A model generated the notes under the pieces. It did not search any database. It saw only the letters and a program-made list of their open reading frames with translations, and had not been told where the DNA came from. Of a stretch of 64,000 bases of DNA, positions 16,301 to 24,936 are shown one piece after another; the first letter of the stretch is position 1, and the number at the start of each line of letters is the position of its first letter. The position numbers and the translations under genes are program-made. This DNA comes from Candidatus Poribacteria bacterium (lineage in GTDB: Bacteria; Poribacteria; WGA-4E; WGA-3G). The DNA lies in the NCBI GenBank assembly GCA_965242965.1, contig OZ251518.1, positions 3,776,001 through 3,840,000 on the forward strand. Reading direction: 5' to 3'.

Positions 16301-19282
16301 GCCCCCTGTCGCCGTGACTTCAACGATGTATTCGTTATTGCCCGCCGTGTTTGCCGGCAACTCGCTTCCCTGGTCTGTCGGATTCTCGAAGTTTGGCGCG
16401 GTGCTGAAATACAACACGCCGGTATATGAAATAGTAAACATCCCGCTATCCGCGCCGCTCAGCGAGTAAATGACATTGTCTGGCGCGTCTAAGTCCGTGG
16501 CACTCACCGCGGTCGCGTCGCCAACCAGAGTGCTATTTTCAGCAACGTTGAAAGCAGTATCGCTACTGTTGAAAGTCGGAGCCGCGTTTGCGTATGTCGT
16601 GGTAACTGACAGCGCAGTGCCGGTGGTAGAGATAGGGTTTCCCGCCGGGTCTGACACGCTGGCAGCAGTCAGTGTCGCGATGATGTCCCCTCCTGTTGTG
16701 GATGCTGCTGCAGGCGTGATGAGCATCTCGTAGACTGTTGCATCGGAAGGGTCTGGCGTTGGTACCCCTTTCGCTGCGCCGATAGCACTTGAACCGGTGA
16801 GCGTGACATCCGTTTCAGTAAACGAAAGCGCGTCTATCTCCTCGCTGAACGTGAAAGTCACAGGATAAGGGCCCACCGCCGCTGCCTGCGCGCTGACAGC
16901 CACCGTCGGTTGAGTCCTATCATAGATGACACTGACATCTCGGATTGAACCGGTATTGACAAGGACATTCCCTGTCACGTCCGTTACACTTCCCCGCTCC
17001 AAGGTAACCGTTACAGGCCCCTCTACTGTCGGACGGATAGTTATTGTCCAGACTCTCTCGTCGCTGGCATTCTGCGTCGGACCGCGTAGGAGAGTTGCCG
17101 TGTCCGGGGTGACACTGATATCCGCTGCGGTGAACGAATTGGCATCCAATTTCTCATTAAACGTATAAAGGACGACAAAATCCGTGTTGACGTGCTCCTT
17201 CGGTGTGCTGGCCATCACGGTAGGGCCGGTATCATAAGGCACGGTGACACTAAAAGGCGTGGTGCCGGCGTTGCCAGCCAGGTCTGCCACGCCTCCCGGG
17301 TTTACGGTGATGACGATGTCTCCATCAGCCTGTGGTGTGATAGTGGCGATGTAGTTCTCACCTGAGCCGGCAAGCGAGGTGACAGTGCCGTAGTTGACGG
17401 TAATGTCCCTTGTCTCAAAACCAGTTACGGGTTCATTAAAATCAATTTCCACTGTGAAAGGATGATGCGCTGTGCCGGTCTGCGGGAGGCCACTTGGGAA
17501 ACTCGGGCGCGCGACTGTCACCGTCGGCGGCGTGATATCATACTTCACAGTGGCGGTGTTGATACCCGCGGCGGCGATGGCATTCCCAACCACATCGTGA
17601 ACGCCACCGGCATTCAAGGTAACCGTAATATCGCCATCGGTTGCCGTGTTCGCTGGTGTCACCGTCACCGTGTAGATATGCGCCGTCCTATCTATCAAAC
17701 TCGGTTCACTGACAGTAGGATTCGTCAAGCCCGGTCCAGTGGCACTGATATCCGCAGCGGTGAATCCATCGGCACCGGTGCCGAGTGCCTCAGAGAAGTC
17801 AAACGTTACGTTGAACGCGGTGTTCGCGCGCGCCGGTCCGCTGATAACCACTGTCGGTGCGACGATATCCGTGGGTCTGGTATCAAAATCAATAGTCCGT
17901 GAGTATTGCGGGGTAGCAGGCACCGGAATCACGGTGGTGCCGGCGGTTGCGGCGTTTTCCCGCAAACCGAGTTGCAGGGTTCCCGCGCTATTCGCGGCGG
18001 GTGTGATACTCACGGTGTAGGTTGTCCCGCTCCCCGAAACGCTGAACGTTGGGTTCCGCGCGCCTGCTGTCAAAACCACGTTCAGTGAGACATCGGCTGT
18101 ATCAAACCCTGTCACGCTTTCGGAGAAGGTAACGGTCACGTTGAAGCTCCCGATTGGCGTGCTGGTAGGTTCGGTGAAGGTTACCGTTGGCGCGTCGGGG
18201 ATATCTCCCCAAAGCATATCGGTGAACATGCCGCGGACGATATCGCCCGGGTCATGAATAGATTCCGCAGAACCGTACCGCGGTGTCATCAAAGAGTTCG
18301 GGTTGCCGGCCGGATAGGTAGTCTCGTCCAAATGGGCGTAGCTGGAACCCGGATTCCAAGGGTTCGGCGCGTAAAGTTTCGGACGAATGCCACCGTTTTT
18401 CGCGACTCCGTATTTCCCAACCCAATAGAGATTATTGCTGGTGAAGGCAGAGAGGAGGGCAGCGGAGGGATCTTCGTATTTGGCTATCAACTTATTTTGA
18501 AGCGAATCCGTTGCACCCTCAATGACAAAGAAATCGTAAATCCCGGGGGCACCGTAGTACCTGTCCTGTCCTTGTATCCAGAAGCGAACGGTTCCCAATT
18601 CTGGTGTCAGAGGCCTGCCCGCCGCCAAAAAACCGAGGCCGTGAAACAATTCATGGAGCACTACCGTCACAAAGTCATATCTCCCCGGCGGTGTGTTCCC
18701 GTCAAGTCCGAAATACCAAAGATCGGCTTTGTTGCTGAACGATGTCAGGATGTCTGGGCTCCCGGGGTTCAAATCGGCTCCGCGAAGTTTATCGGCATGC
18801 GCATCGGTGAACCAGAAACTGCCCACAGCAGAACTAAATAGCCATCTAAAAGAGGTCCTCGCGGACCCTAAAGTGTTTGCCTCCTCGAACTGTTTCAATT
18901 CCGCGGTTACCCGGATTGTTACGGGGGATGAGATAATGCTTGAGGCGATGTTCACGGCGTGTTGAAAGGCTGCTTGTGCCTCTGGCGTGAAGCCGGTGTA
19001 GGTAACCTCAAATGCGGCGGCTTGCGCGGCATTCCCGGTGATGCCGAGTGAACGCGCCGGGACGCGCGTGTGCATGTCTTGATTAATCGCTTCGATAATA
19101 ATTCCTTCTGCCGCGACTTTCTCGCCGGTGTATGTGAAGTCTTGGCTGAGGACTGCCGGTGTCATTCCGACGCACAGCAATAACACGAGGCACGCCAGAA
19201 GTTGCTGTGTCCCGTAAAAGCGAGAGGTTAATCCTTTGTTAAGTAAGGGGGGGGTCTTGTTAGTTTGCGTTAGTTGTTTCAT
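13325..19282 (-). CDS. Giant secreted protein (1985 aa): zinc metalloprotease-like domain, Ig-like repeats, cadherin-like and FN3 domains, PE/poly-Gly linker, two lamin-tail-like domains and a C-terminal PVEL domain
   Basis: Signal peptide; HELFHGLGF (HExxH); repeated VTFSE/DxAGN Ig motifs; APNFENP cadherin motif; SLHVTWTAP...YQVQVRA FN3 motif; FNEI...DWIELRN and VSEMMF...QWIELYN LTD motifs. Confidence 0.85.
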   Translation of the reverse strand: MKQLTQTNKTPPLLNKGLTSRFYGTQQLLACLVLLLCVGMTPAVLSQDFTYTGEKVAAEGIIIEAINQDMHTRVPARSLGITGNAAQAAAFEVTYTGFTPEAQAAFQHAVNIASSIISSPVTIRVTAELKQFEEANTLGSARTSFRWLFSSAVGSFWFTDAHADKLRGADLNPGSPDILTSFSNKADLWYFGLDGNTPPGRYDFVTVVLHELFHGLGFLAAGRPLTPELGTVRFWIQGQDRYYGAPGIYDFFVIEGATDSLQNKLIAKYEDPSAALLSAFTSNNLYWVGKYGVAKNGGIRPKLYAPNPWNPGSSYAHLDETTYPAGNPNSLMTPRYGSAESIHDPGDIVRGMFTDMLWGDIPDAPTVTFTEPTSTPIGSFNVTVTFSESVTGFDTADVSLNVVLTAGARNPTFSVSGSGTTYTVSITPAANSAGTLQLGLRENAATAGTTVIPVPATPQYSRTIDFDTRPTDIVAPTVVISGPARANTAFNVTFDFSEALGTGADGFTAADISATGPGLTNPTVSEPSLIDRTAHIYTVTVTPANTATDGDITVTLNAGGVHDVVGNAIAAAGINTATVKYDITPPTVTVARPSFPSGLPQTGTAHHPFTVEIDFNEPVTGFETRDITVNYGTVTSLAGSGENYIATITPQADGDIVITVNPGGVADLAGNAGTTPFSVTVPYDTGPTVMASTPKEHVNTDFVVLYTFNEKLDANSFTAADISVTPDTATLLRGPTQNASDERVWTITIRPTVEGPVTVTLERGSVTDVTGNVLVNTGSIRDVSVIYDRTQPTVAVSAQAAAVGPYPVTFTFSEEIDALSFTETDVTLTGSSAIGAAKGVPTPDPSDATVYEMLITPAAASTTGGDIIATLTAASVSDPAGNPISTTGTALSVTTTYANAAPTFNSSDTAFNVAENSTLVGDATAVSATDLDAPDNVIYSLSGADSGMFTISYTGVLYFSTAPNFENPTDQGSELPANTAGNNEYIVEVTATGGTDGRAKSVSKIIVVTVTDVAEPPSTPFAPTVLSLSATSLHVTWTAPANTGPEITGYDVQYREGATGDWIDVYHADASTTAILTGLNQDSAYQVQVRARNAEGTSPWSGCSALVACAAATSGDSQVLTLESITLVNVQQTTNLPTFDVAFRFSGALATTGPGAFTVEDVNLIAEDNATATLSAPVHTDVIQHIWTVTVTPTSEGTFTFNLHHGSVTKASGNAYALDMSKNLVVPWDVSPPAITGSFQFPPNPPAQYTAGSVIEVQATFDEDNVRYTGTPPYILLYVGSNERQAYWARQEDTNSTLVTFVYTVTSADNAQYVSPKPNSLTIPVGSDIVDGDGNSVVMAAKRAQNLSPDAPLETPLQISTGDAPPILNIPIIGTPEPEPEPEPEPEPEPVTQASSGGGGGGGGGGGGGGGLPRVSRTRVPRTPIVFNEIGNGSDDENDWIELRNVTSKPVPLKNWEISIIADDEKADKSLVEIPNGAQYSLPANGILLVTNTAPGKTHLAAGENIAKAPDATGKKKGATHLYLVAPKLRIPNDGQFLLILRNARNQNGKSANIIDVAGGGGTDTDAFIADTARTFQTDIWPLKNTRHPGGNTEEALVADAVWRRDKATVVGYHKTAWEKAGPTGLGYDRQVRVSWATGGTPGYPNDAVKSKASDFADDATVSVSEMMFAAGSNGRLPQWIELYNSSQTQAVNLKGWTLEIQNADADEFRGKLKAVLTLEKRIVLPNQTLLIFSAGSRNSGEEHFPSARRYSLYYNEAHRAALGMKNQRDTVLSPAGFTLTLSDSEGTLVDEVGNLAENAPMWQLPAGREEGRRSSIIRRYRKGLPADGTKRSGWVNAASLTIKDVNTYYGHPEDIGTPGYRRGGPLPVELAHFRAVRAESGVLLTWHTASELDNAGFNILRSETGDGKFTSITPRLIPGAGTTGERTDYTFVDKTAKPGIEYYYRLEDVSLMGARQLLATRQMRGHFSAVNRHLTTLGELKKRK
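15050..15157 (-). repeat. Coding low-complexity linker: (PE)n and poly-Gly
   Basis: PEPEPEPEPEPEPEP and SSGGGGGGGGGGGGGGG in the translation. Confidence 0.9.
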
Positions 19283-19303
19283 TCGTATTTTCTCCTATAA
19301 TTT

Positions 19304-19502
19304 GGAGCAGGATTAGGAGCAGGATTTTCAAGATTAGGAGCAGGATTTCCAGGATTTCCAAGATTTCACAGGATTAGGGCTCTGGTGCACCGGCACCGTT
19401 TTGGCAAGCCACGAGGTATTCGATGCATCAGAACCCCAAAAAAAATCTTGCTAATCTTGCTCAATCTTGTAAATCCTGCTCAATCTTGCTCAATCCTGCT
19501 CC
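19304..19502. repeat. Palindromic element with inverted ~9-mer (CAGGATT/CAAGATT) arrays around a conserved core, copy 1
   Basis: Outer ends ggagcaggatt...aatcctgctcc; the core is shared, inverted, with 33604-33804. Confidence 0.8.
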
Positions 19503-19510
19503 TAAATTGC

Positions 19511-20329
19511 TTACCTTCGGCGTTTCACATTGCCCCAGGTGGTTGTCAATTTCCCTCCCGGTTGCACTGCCAGCCCACCGATAGTTTTCATGGCGAGATT
19601 TATCTCATCGATGTCAATCACCCGGTCCCACATAAAGACCTCGGCAATGACAGCGTTGAGCCATTGTCCGTCCTCCCGATGCGCGATGAACACCGGCCGC
19701 TCGCCGGTTTCACAGGGTCCGCCGCCGTTATCGCCTGCCTGCGCGACCGGGTCCTTCTCGCCGTTGACATAGACGCGCACGCCTTCCTTCAGTTTAAACG
19801 TGCCGCATTGATGAATCCACTCGCCTTGCGGCGCGGCACCGGGGCCGTTCGGTTCGGACACGCCGGAGCCGGGGCACGTCCACACCGACATCCCTGCGCC
19901 GAAGTCGTCATACACGTAGAGCGCGAATTCCCACGCATTGCCGTTACCTTTCATGACGATAGGCTGCCGCGTTTGCCCGTGTGCATCGGTGCCGACTTTC
20001 AACACTTTGACCCAGGCACAAATCGTGATGCCCTTCTTATCGTCAAAATGCGAGTCGATGTCCTTATTCTGCCCCGCCATGTCGATTTTGACATAGGTGG
20101 ACTTGCCGTCAAATTCCATCGCTTTGTTGATGGATTCGTGCTTGGCATCCACCCATTTCGGCGCATCTTTGCTGAGTTCGGTTTCAAACTCATTGGGGCC
20201 ATGGTCAGCGACGGTTTCACCCGCTCCTTCGTTGAGCGGTAGATACATCCACAATCCATCTTCTATGTCCGCAGCGTGGACAGCAAAGACGACTGCGATG
20301 AACAGCGTAACAAATATAACTTGACGCAT
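19511..20329 (-). CDS. Secreted LamG-like jellyroll protein
   Basis: Signal peptide; YLPLNEGAG, AMEFDG, TICAWV and EWIHQCGT motifs; C-terminal AVQPGGKLTTTWGNVKRRR. Confidence 0.85.
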   Translation of the reverse strand: MRQVIFVTLFIAVVFAVHAADIEDGLWMYLPLNEGAGETVADHGPNEFETELSKDAPKWVDAKHESINKAMEFDGKSTYVKIDMAGQNKDIDSHFDDKKGITICAWVKVLKVGTDAHGQTRQPIVMKGNGNAWEFALYVYDDFGAGMSVWTCPGSGVSEPNGPGAAPQGEWIHQCGTFKLKEGVRVYVNGEKDPVAQAGDNGGGPCETGERPVFIAHREDGQWLNAVIAEVFMWDRVIDIDEINLAMKTIGGLAVQPGGKLTTTWGNVKRRR

Positions 20330-20456
20330 CTTTTTTTCCTCCTATAGAAGTTGGTTTAGATGAGAGTGTTTCGTAACTCGTTGTTGTCAAAATGGTTTCG
20401 TGATACCCTGAACGATTCAGTTTTCCCGGTAGGAGAGACCTCCCGGTCTCGATTTC

Positions 20457-21263
20457 TTACTTTTGACGCGCCAAACGGGCCCGAGCAACGCGCAGGAGAT
20501 TCTGCGTCTCAGCAGCATCAGGATTTAACTGCAAGGCGCGTTCCAACGCCGCGACAGCCTCACGATAGGCACCCTGCTGTGTATAGCAAAGCCCGAGTTC
20601 ATGGTGCGCCTGCGCATGGTTTGGATCGAACTGATGAATTGCCGTGAACGCCGCAATCGCCTCCACAAACCGTTCTGTTTCACGGTAAATGGTACCGAGT
20701 TGCATCAGTACCTCCGGCAAATCGGGTTGCAGGGAGATTGCCGTTTCAAAAGCAGCGATGGCTTCGGGGAACATCCGTTTATGCCGATACGCCACGCCGA
20801 TGCCGAAGTAGGCATGGACGTGCGTCCCATCGCGCGTGAGTGCCTTCTCAAATTCAGCGATTGCCTCGTCTAATCTGCCGGCGAGTCCGTATACCCTGCC
20901 CAGGTCTGCATACGCCGATGCCATGTCCGGCCGCAACGCAATCACGCGCCGATACGCCTCAATCGCCTCGCCGAGTTTCCCCTGCATCACGTAGACCGTG
21001 GCCAAGTTGTGATGTGCCGCGGCAAGCGTCGGCTTCATCGCAATAGCGCGTTGATACGCCGCTACCGCCGCGTCCAACTTCTCTTCGCGCAGGTAAGTCG
21101 TGCCGCTGTTATTATAGTCCTGCGCGGTTGGAGATGCCGCGGGCTTCTGCGCAGCAGGTTGGGTGACAGGCGGTTTCTTCGCAGGTGGCGGAGTCTCTGC
21201 ATCGCATCCGCAAATAAGCCCGAAGATTGCGAGAAAGAGGAACGCTGACAGATATTCCCTCAT
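20457..21263 (-). CDS. TPR lipoprotein
   Basis: Lipobox-like ICGC followed by about 6 TPR repeats. Confidence 0.85.
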   Translation of the reverse strand: MREYLSAFLFLAIFGLICGCDAETPPPAKKPPVTQPAAQKPAASPTAQDYNNSGTTYLREEKLDAAVAAYQRAIAMKPTLAAAHHNLATVYVMQGKLGEAIEAYRRVIALRPDMASAYADLGRVYGLAGRLDEAIAEFEKALTRDGTHVHAYFGIGVAYRHKRMFPEAIAAFETAISLQPDLPEVLMQLGTIYRETERFVEAIAAFTAIHQFDPNHAQAHHELGLCYTQQGAYREAVAALERALQLNPDAAETQNLLRVARARLARQK

Positions 21264-22942
21264 TTTTCAGATTCACCCTCAATCACCGTGATGCGCTGAT
21301 TCGCCTTGAGTGCAACCCGCCGTTCGGTTTTCCCGGAGGGCCAGGTTACCTCAAGTTGCGCGACTGTGTCGTTTTGTCCCAACCCGAACGTTAATGTCAG
21401 TTCGCTTTGAGAACAATAACTGCTCCCTGTCCGCACCGTCCGCTGTTGCATTGTATCGCCTGCAGTCACCTGCACCTTCGCGCCGATGCCGTCCCGATTG
21501 CTCTTCGTGCCGACAAGTTTGACGCGGAGGTAATTCCCGATAGACTCGCTATCATTGCGCAGGAGCCAAGGTGTGGCATAAGCCGCATCAACGCCGTTGT
21601 TGCTGACGAGTAGATCCAAGTCGCCATCATTGTCGTAATCGCCGTAGGCACAGCCGCGGCCGACACCGGGGGTTTGCAACCCTGCGCGTTTGCCGATGTC
21701 GCGAAAAGTGCCATCGCCGCGGTTTTGGAAGAGAGCCGGCAGTTGCGCATAAGGCGTGTGTTGCTGATACCTAGCCACCTCCGGCTCAATGTGTCCGTTG
21801 ACAAAAAACAGGTCGAGGTATCCATCAAAATCGCAATCGAAGAAGAGCAGCCCGAACGTCAGCGCGCGGCGGCTCACATCGCCGATTTGCACCTTATCCG
21901 CCGTGTCTGTAAAGTAATCTGCACCCGGTTCCGCAGAAAAGAACGCCGTTTTTTCGTTGCTGAAATTACCGATGGCGATAGCGGTGCCGCCGGTGTTATG
22001 GACATCTGCCGCGTCAATTCCCATGCTCCCGCGCGCCTTGCCGGTGGCACTGAAGGCGACTCCCATCACAATCGCTTCATCGGTGAACGTGCCATCGCCA
22101 TTATTCCGATACAGGCAATTCGGTTCCGTATCGTTAGCGACACCCAGGTCTGGCCAGCCGTCACCGTCGTAATCTAGCACGCACACGCCGAGTGATTTTC
22201 CGTTAGGATTGTGCAAGCCTGCCGGTAATGTCACATCTTCAAACGTGCCATCGCCTCGGTTGCGATAGAACAGACAAGATTGCCCCGCGTAAACCGTCGG
22301 CGTGCAATAAGAGGGATGCCCTGCGACGTTGCAAGGGATATCCGTTTCCTGTGTCCACGCAACGTAATTACAGAGAAAAAGATCGAGCCAACCGTCCCTA
22401 TCTGCGTCAAAAAACGCCGCACTCGTTCCCCAGCCAGCGTCACCCACGTTTGCGAATTCGGTGGCATCCGTGAACGTCCCGTCGCCATTATTGCGGAACA
22501 ACCGATTTTTGCCGACAGCGGTGAGGTAAATATCGGCATCGCCATCGTTATCGTAATCGGCACTCGTTACGCCCATGCCGTAAATAGGGACGTTGAGGTT
22601 GGCTTCTGCGGTAACGTCAGCAAATGTGCCGTTCCCGAGGTTCCGGTAGAGACGCGAGGTATGCGTTGCATCCGGCGCGTGCCAGTCTCTCCCGTTCACC
22701 AGCAAGATATCCAGATTGCCATCGGCATCGTAATCCAAAAACGCGCAGCCAGAACCCATCGTTTCCGGCATATAACGTTCGCCGGTAGCCCCGGTCATGT
22801 GCCGAAATCGGATACCTGCCGCTTCAGTGACATCAACGAATTTGACATTCGCACTTGCAGGGAGATGGACACAAAGGATAAAAACAACAACCTTGCAAAT
22901 CTTCACAAAGCAGCGCAAGAAGTCAAACTTTGTAGAATTCAA
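21260..22942 (-). CDS. CRTAC1 family protein (FG-GAP/VCBS repeats and ASPIC/UnbV domain)
   Basis: Repeated DYDNDGDxD and YRNxGDGTF motifs; C-terminal GIGAKV...SYCSQ...FGLG...WPSG. Confidence 0.9.
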   Translation of the reverse strand: MNSTKFDFLRCFVKICKVVVFILCVHLPASANVKFVDVTEAAGIRFRHMTGATGERYMPETMGSGCAFLDYDADGNLDILLVNGRDWHAPDATHTSRLYRNLGNGTFADVTAEANLNVPIYGMGVTSADYDNDGDADIYLTAVGKNRLFRNNGDGTFTDATEFANVGDAGWGTSAAFFDADRDGWLDLFLCNYVAWTQETDIPCNVAGHPSYCTPTVYAGQSCLFYRNRGDGTFEDVTLPAGLHNPNGKSLGVCVLDYDGDGWPDLGVANDTEPNCLYRNNGDGTFTDEAIVMGVAFSATGKARGSMGIDAADVHNTGGTAIAIGNFSNEKTAFFSAEPGADYFTDTADKVQIGDVSRRALTFGLLFFDCDFDGYLDLFFVNGHIEPEVARYQQHTPYAQLPALFQNRGDGTFRDIGKRAGLQTPGVGRGCAYGDYDNDGDLDLLVSNNGVDAAYATPWLLRNDSESIGNYLRVKLVGTKSNRDGIGAKVQVTAGDTMQQRTVRTGSSYCSQSELTLTFGLGQNDTVAQLEVTWPSGKTERRVALKANQRITVIEGESEK

Positions 22943-23921
22943 CGACGTTGCCTGCCATATCGGCGACTTTCTCGACGAGCCTGTCTCGTTCCTCGTCGTC
23001 CATACTGGTGAACCCTTTGGCGATGTCGATTTTTTCCTGCAACTGCTCGGCGTTATCCGGTCCTGTCACAAGCGTGCTAACTGGGAGGGACCAGACGAAC
23101 CGAATCGCTTCGGAGATGCTGACGCGGTCTGGCACAACTCTCGGGTTCATGCCGTGCTGTCCGTGCTTGGAGCCGCCGAAGAAGCCGCCGTTCGCCAACG
23201 CCTTCATCCCGATGACACCGATGTTGCGTTCAACGAGTGTCGGCACGACGCGCTCGATGAAACTTTCGTAACTGACATCAACGAGGTTCATGGACAATTG
23301 GCACGTGTCGAAAATATCACTCTGCTCCAACACGCGTTCGTGCGCGGCGGGACTGGAGTGCCCGGTGAAACCGATGTATCGGGTTTTGCCGGTTTCCTTC
23401 GCTTCCTGCATCACGTCGAAAACGCCGTTATCGATGCGTTCGTCTACGTCTTCTGGATTCCGGACGGCATGCACCTGCCAAAGATCGAGTCTGTCGGTAT
23501 TGAGACGTTTGAGCGATGCTTCGAGGTGCTGCCGTGCGCCTTCCGCGTCGCGCGCTGTCGTTTTCGTCATCAGGAAAATATCATCGCGATACTTCGGCAC
23601 GAGCAGTTTTCCGAGGCGGCTTTCGCTGCGCACACCATTTTCGGCGTAAGATTCCGCGCTATCAAAGAACCGCACGCCGCCTTTCAGAGCTGTCTCGATG
23701 GTTTTCTGTGCCTCCGCTTCCTTCATATTCACAATATGCCAGCCGCCGACACCGAGCATCGTCACTGCTTCGCCTGTGCGTCCGAGCCGCCGGGTAGGCA
23801 GAAGCGTTCCCAGCCGGTCGCGGGTTTTGTGTTCTTCGCCAGAACCTACCGATGCAGTGGACAAGAGGATGCCCGTAGTCAAGCCTGCCATCGATTTCAG
23901 AAATTCACGTCGATCAATCAT
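22923..23921 (-). CDS. Tat-exported aldo/keto reductase
   Basis: DRREFLK twin-arginine signal; RRLGRTG, FFDSAESY and SLKRLNTDRLDLWQVH motifs. Confidence 0.9.
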   Translation of the reverse strand: MIDRREFLKSMAGLTTGILLSTASVGSGEEHKTRDRLGTLLPTRRLGRTGEAVTMLGVGGWHIVNMKEAEAQKTIETALKGGVRFFDSAESYAENGVRSESRLGKLLVPKYRDDIFLMTKTTARDAEGARQHLEASLKRLNTDRLDLWQVHAVRNPEDVDERIDNGVFDVMQEAKETGKTRYIGFTGHSSPAAHERVLEQSDIFDTCQLSMNLVDVSYESFIERVVPTLVERNIGVIGMKALANGGFFGGSKHGQHGMNPRVVPDRVSISEAIRFVWSLPVSTLVTGPDNAEQLQEKIDIAKGFTSMDDEERDRLVEKVADMAGNVVEFYKV

Positions 23922-23948
23922 GGTTTTACACCTCTCTAATTTAGCTTT

Positions 23949-24019
23949 ATTCTATATCTATTTCGGTTTTTTGTCAAGAAATTTTTTGCTTGACAAAAAT
24001 CGCCTACTTCCATTAAAAT
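23949..24019. promoter_or_regulatory. Back-to-back sigma70 promoters
   Basis: Minus strand TTGACA-17-TAGAAT (23977-23949); plus strand TTGACA-18-TAAAAT (23990-24019), 7 nt before the ATG, so probably leaderless. Confidence 0.6.
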
Positions 24020-24026
24020 ATCTGCC

Positions 24027-24752
24027 ATGACATACGCACAACGCAACCCTATTCCCGATAAACTTGTCGTCCTCACGTTTGATGATGGATGCAAATCGCA
24101 AGCCACCTTCGTCGCACCGCTCTTGACGCATTACGGCTTCAGCGCGACGTTCTATATCACCGAAGGGCTCGGGTTCCTGAAAAATAAGGAAGCCTATATG
24201 ACATGGGAAGAGGTGCGCGGCTTACACGATGCCGGCTTTGAAATCGGCAATCACACGCGCCATCACCGAAACGTTACGCAACAATCCGATGCCGAACTCA
24301 GTGCGGACTTACAACACATTGATGCGCAATGCGAAGTTTACGGCATTCCGCGCCCGACAACCTTCTGTTATCCCGGCTATAGCCACGGTGAAGCGGCGGT
24401 GAAGGTGCTTGCAAAGCACGGCTTCCAATTCGCGCGGCGCGGCGTTGCCCCCGAATTCCCTTACGATGGCGAAGGCGGCAGAGGCCCAGCCTATAACCCC
24501 GCGGTGCATCACCCACTCCTCGTTCCGACGACAGGTGCCTCCGGACCGCATTGGAATTTTGACGATTTCACGTGGGCCCTCGCGCAGGCGAAAGAGGGAC
24601 ATATCCCTGTCCTCACCTTCCACGGCGTGCCAGACCTGGAGCATCCGTGGGTGCATACCGAACCTGAGGCATTTGAGGCATACATGGCTTACCTGGCTGA
24701 GCACGGGTATACCGTCCTTTCCCTGCGAGATCTTGGCGAGTATGGGGTTTGA
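24027..24752 (+). CDS. Polysaccharide deacetylase (NodB/CE4)
   Basis: LTFDDG, EIGNHTRHH, FCYPG and LTFH motifs. Confidence 0.9.
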   Translation: MTYAQRNPIPDKLVVLTFDDGCKSQATFVAPLLTHYGFSATFYITEGLGFLKNKEAYMTWEEVRGLHDAGFEIGNHTRHHRNVTQQSDAELSADLQHIDAQCEVYGIPRPTTFCYPGYSHGEAAVKVLAKHGFQFARRGVAPEFPYDGEGGRGPAYNPAVHHPLLVPTTGASGPHWNFDDFTWALAQAKEGHIPVLTFHGVPDLEHPWVHTEPEAFEAYMAYLAEHGYTVLSLRDLGEYGV

Positions 24753-24793
24753 TTGGGGGATTTTCCTTTTTAAGACAGGGGAGGTTTCTTCAA

Positions 24794-24905
24794 TGCATCG
24801 AGACCAGGAGGTCTCTCCTACCGGAACGAATCGAGAAGCGTGAGGTCTCTCCTACCGAGGGGAGTTGAGACGAGACCGTAGTTCGGGCTCGCCTGATCCC
24901 GAACG
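24794..24905. repeat. GTAG-REP cluster
   Basis: atcgagaccaggaggtctctcctac and gtagttcgggctcgcctgatcccgaac modules. Confidence 0.8.
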
Positions 24906-24936
24906 GGGTGGAAGGAGATACTGGCACATTTAGTAT

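Noticed and set aside
19385-20242. Long plus-strand ORFs opposite real genes (also 22797-23939 and others)
   Set aside because: Antisense shadows of well-supported genes in GC-rich DNA.
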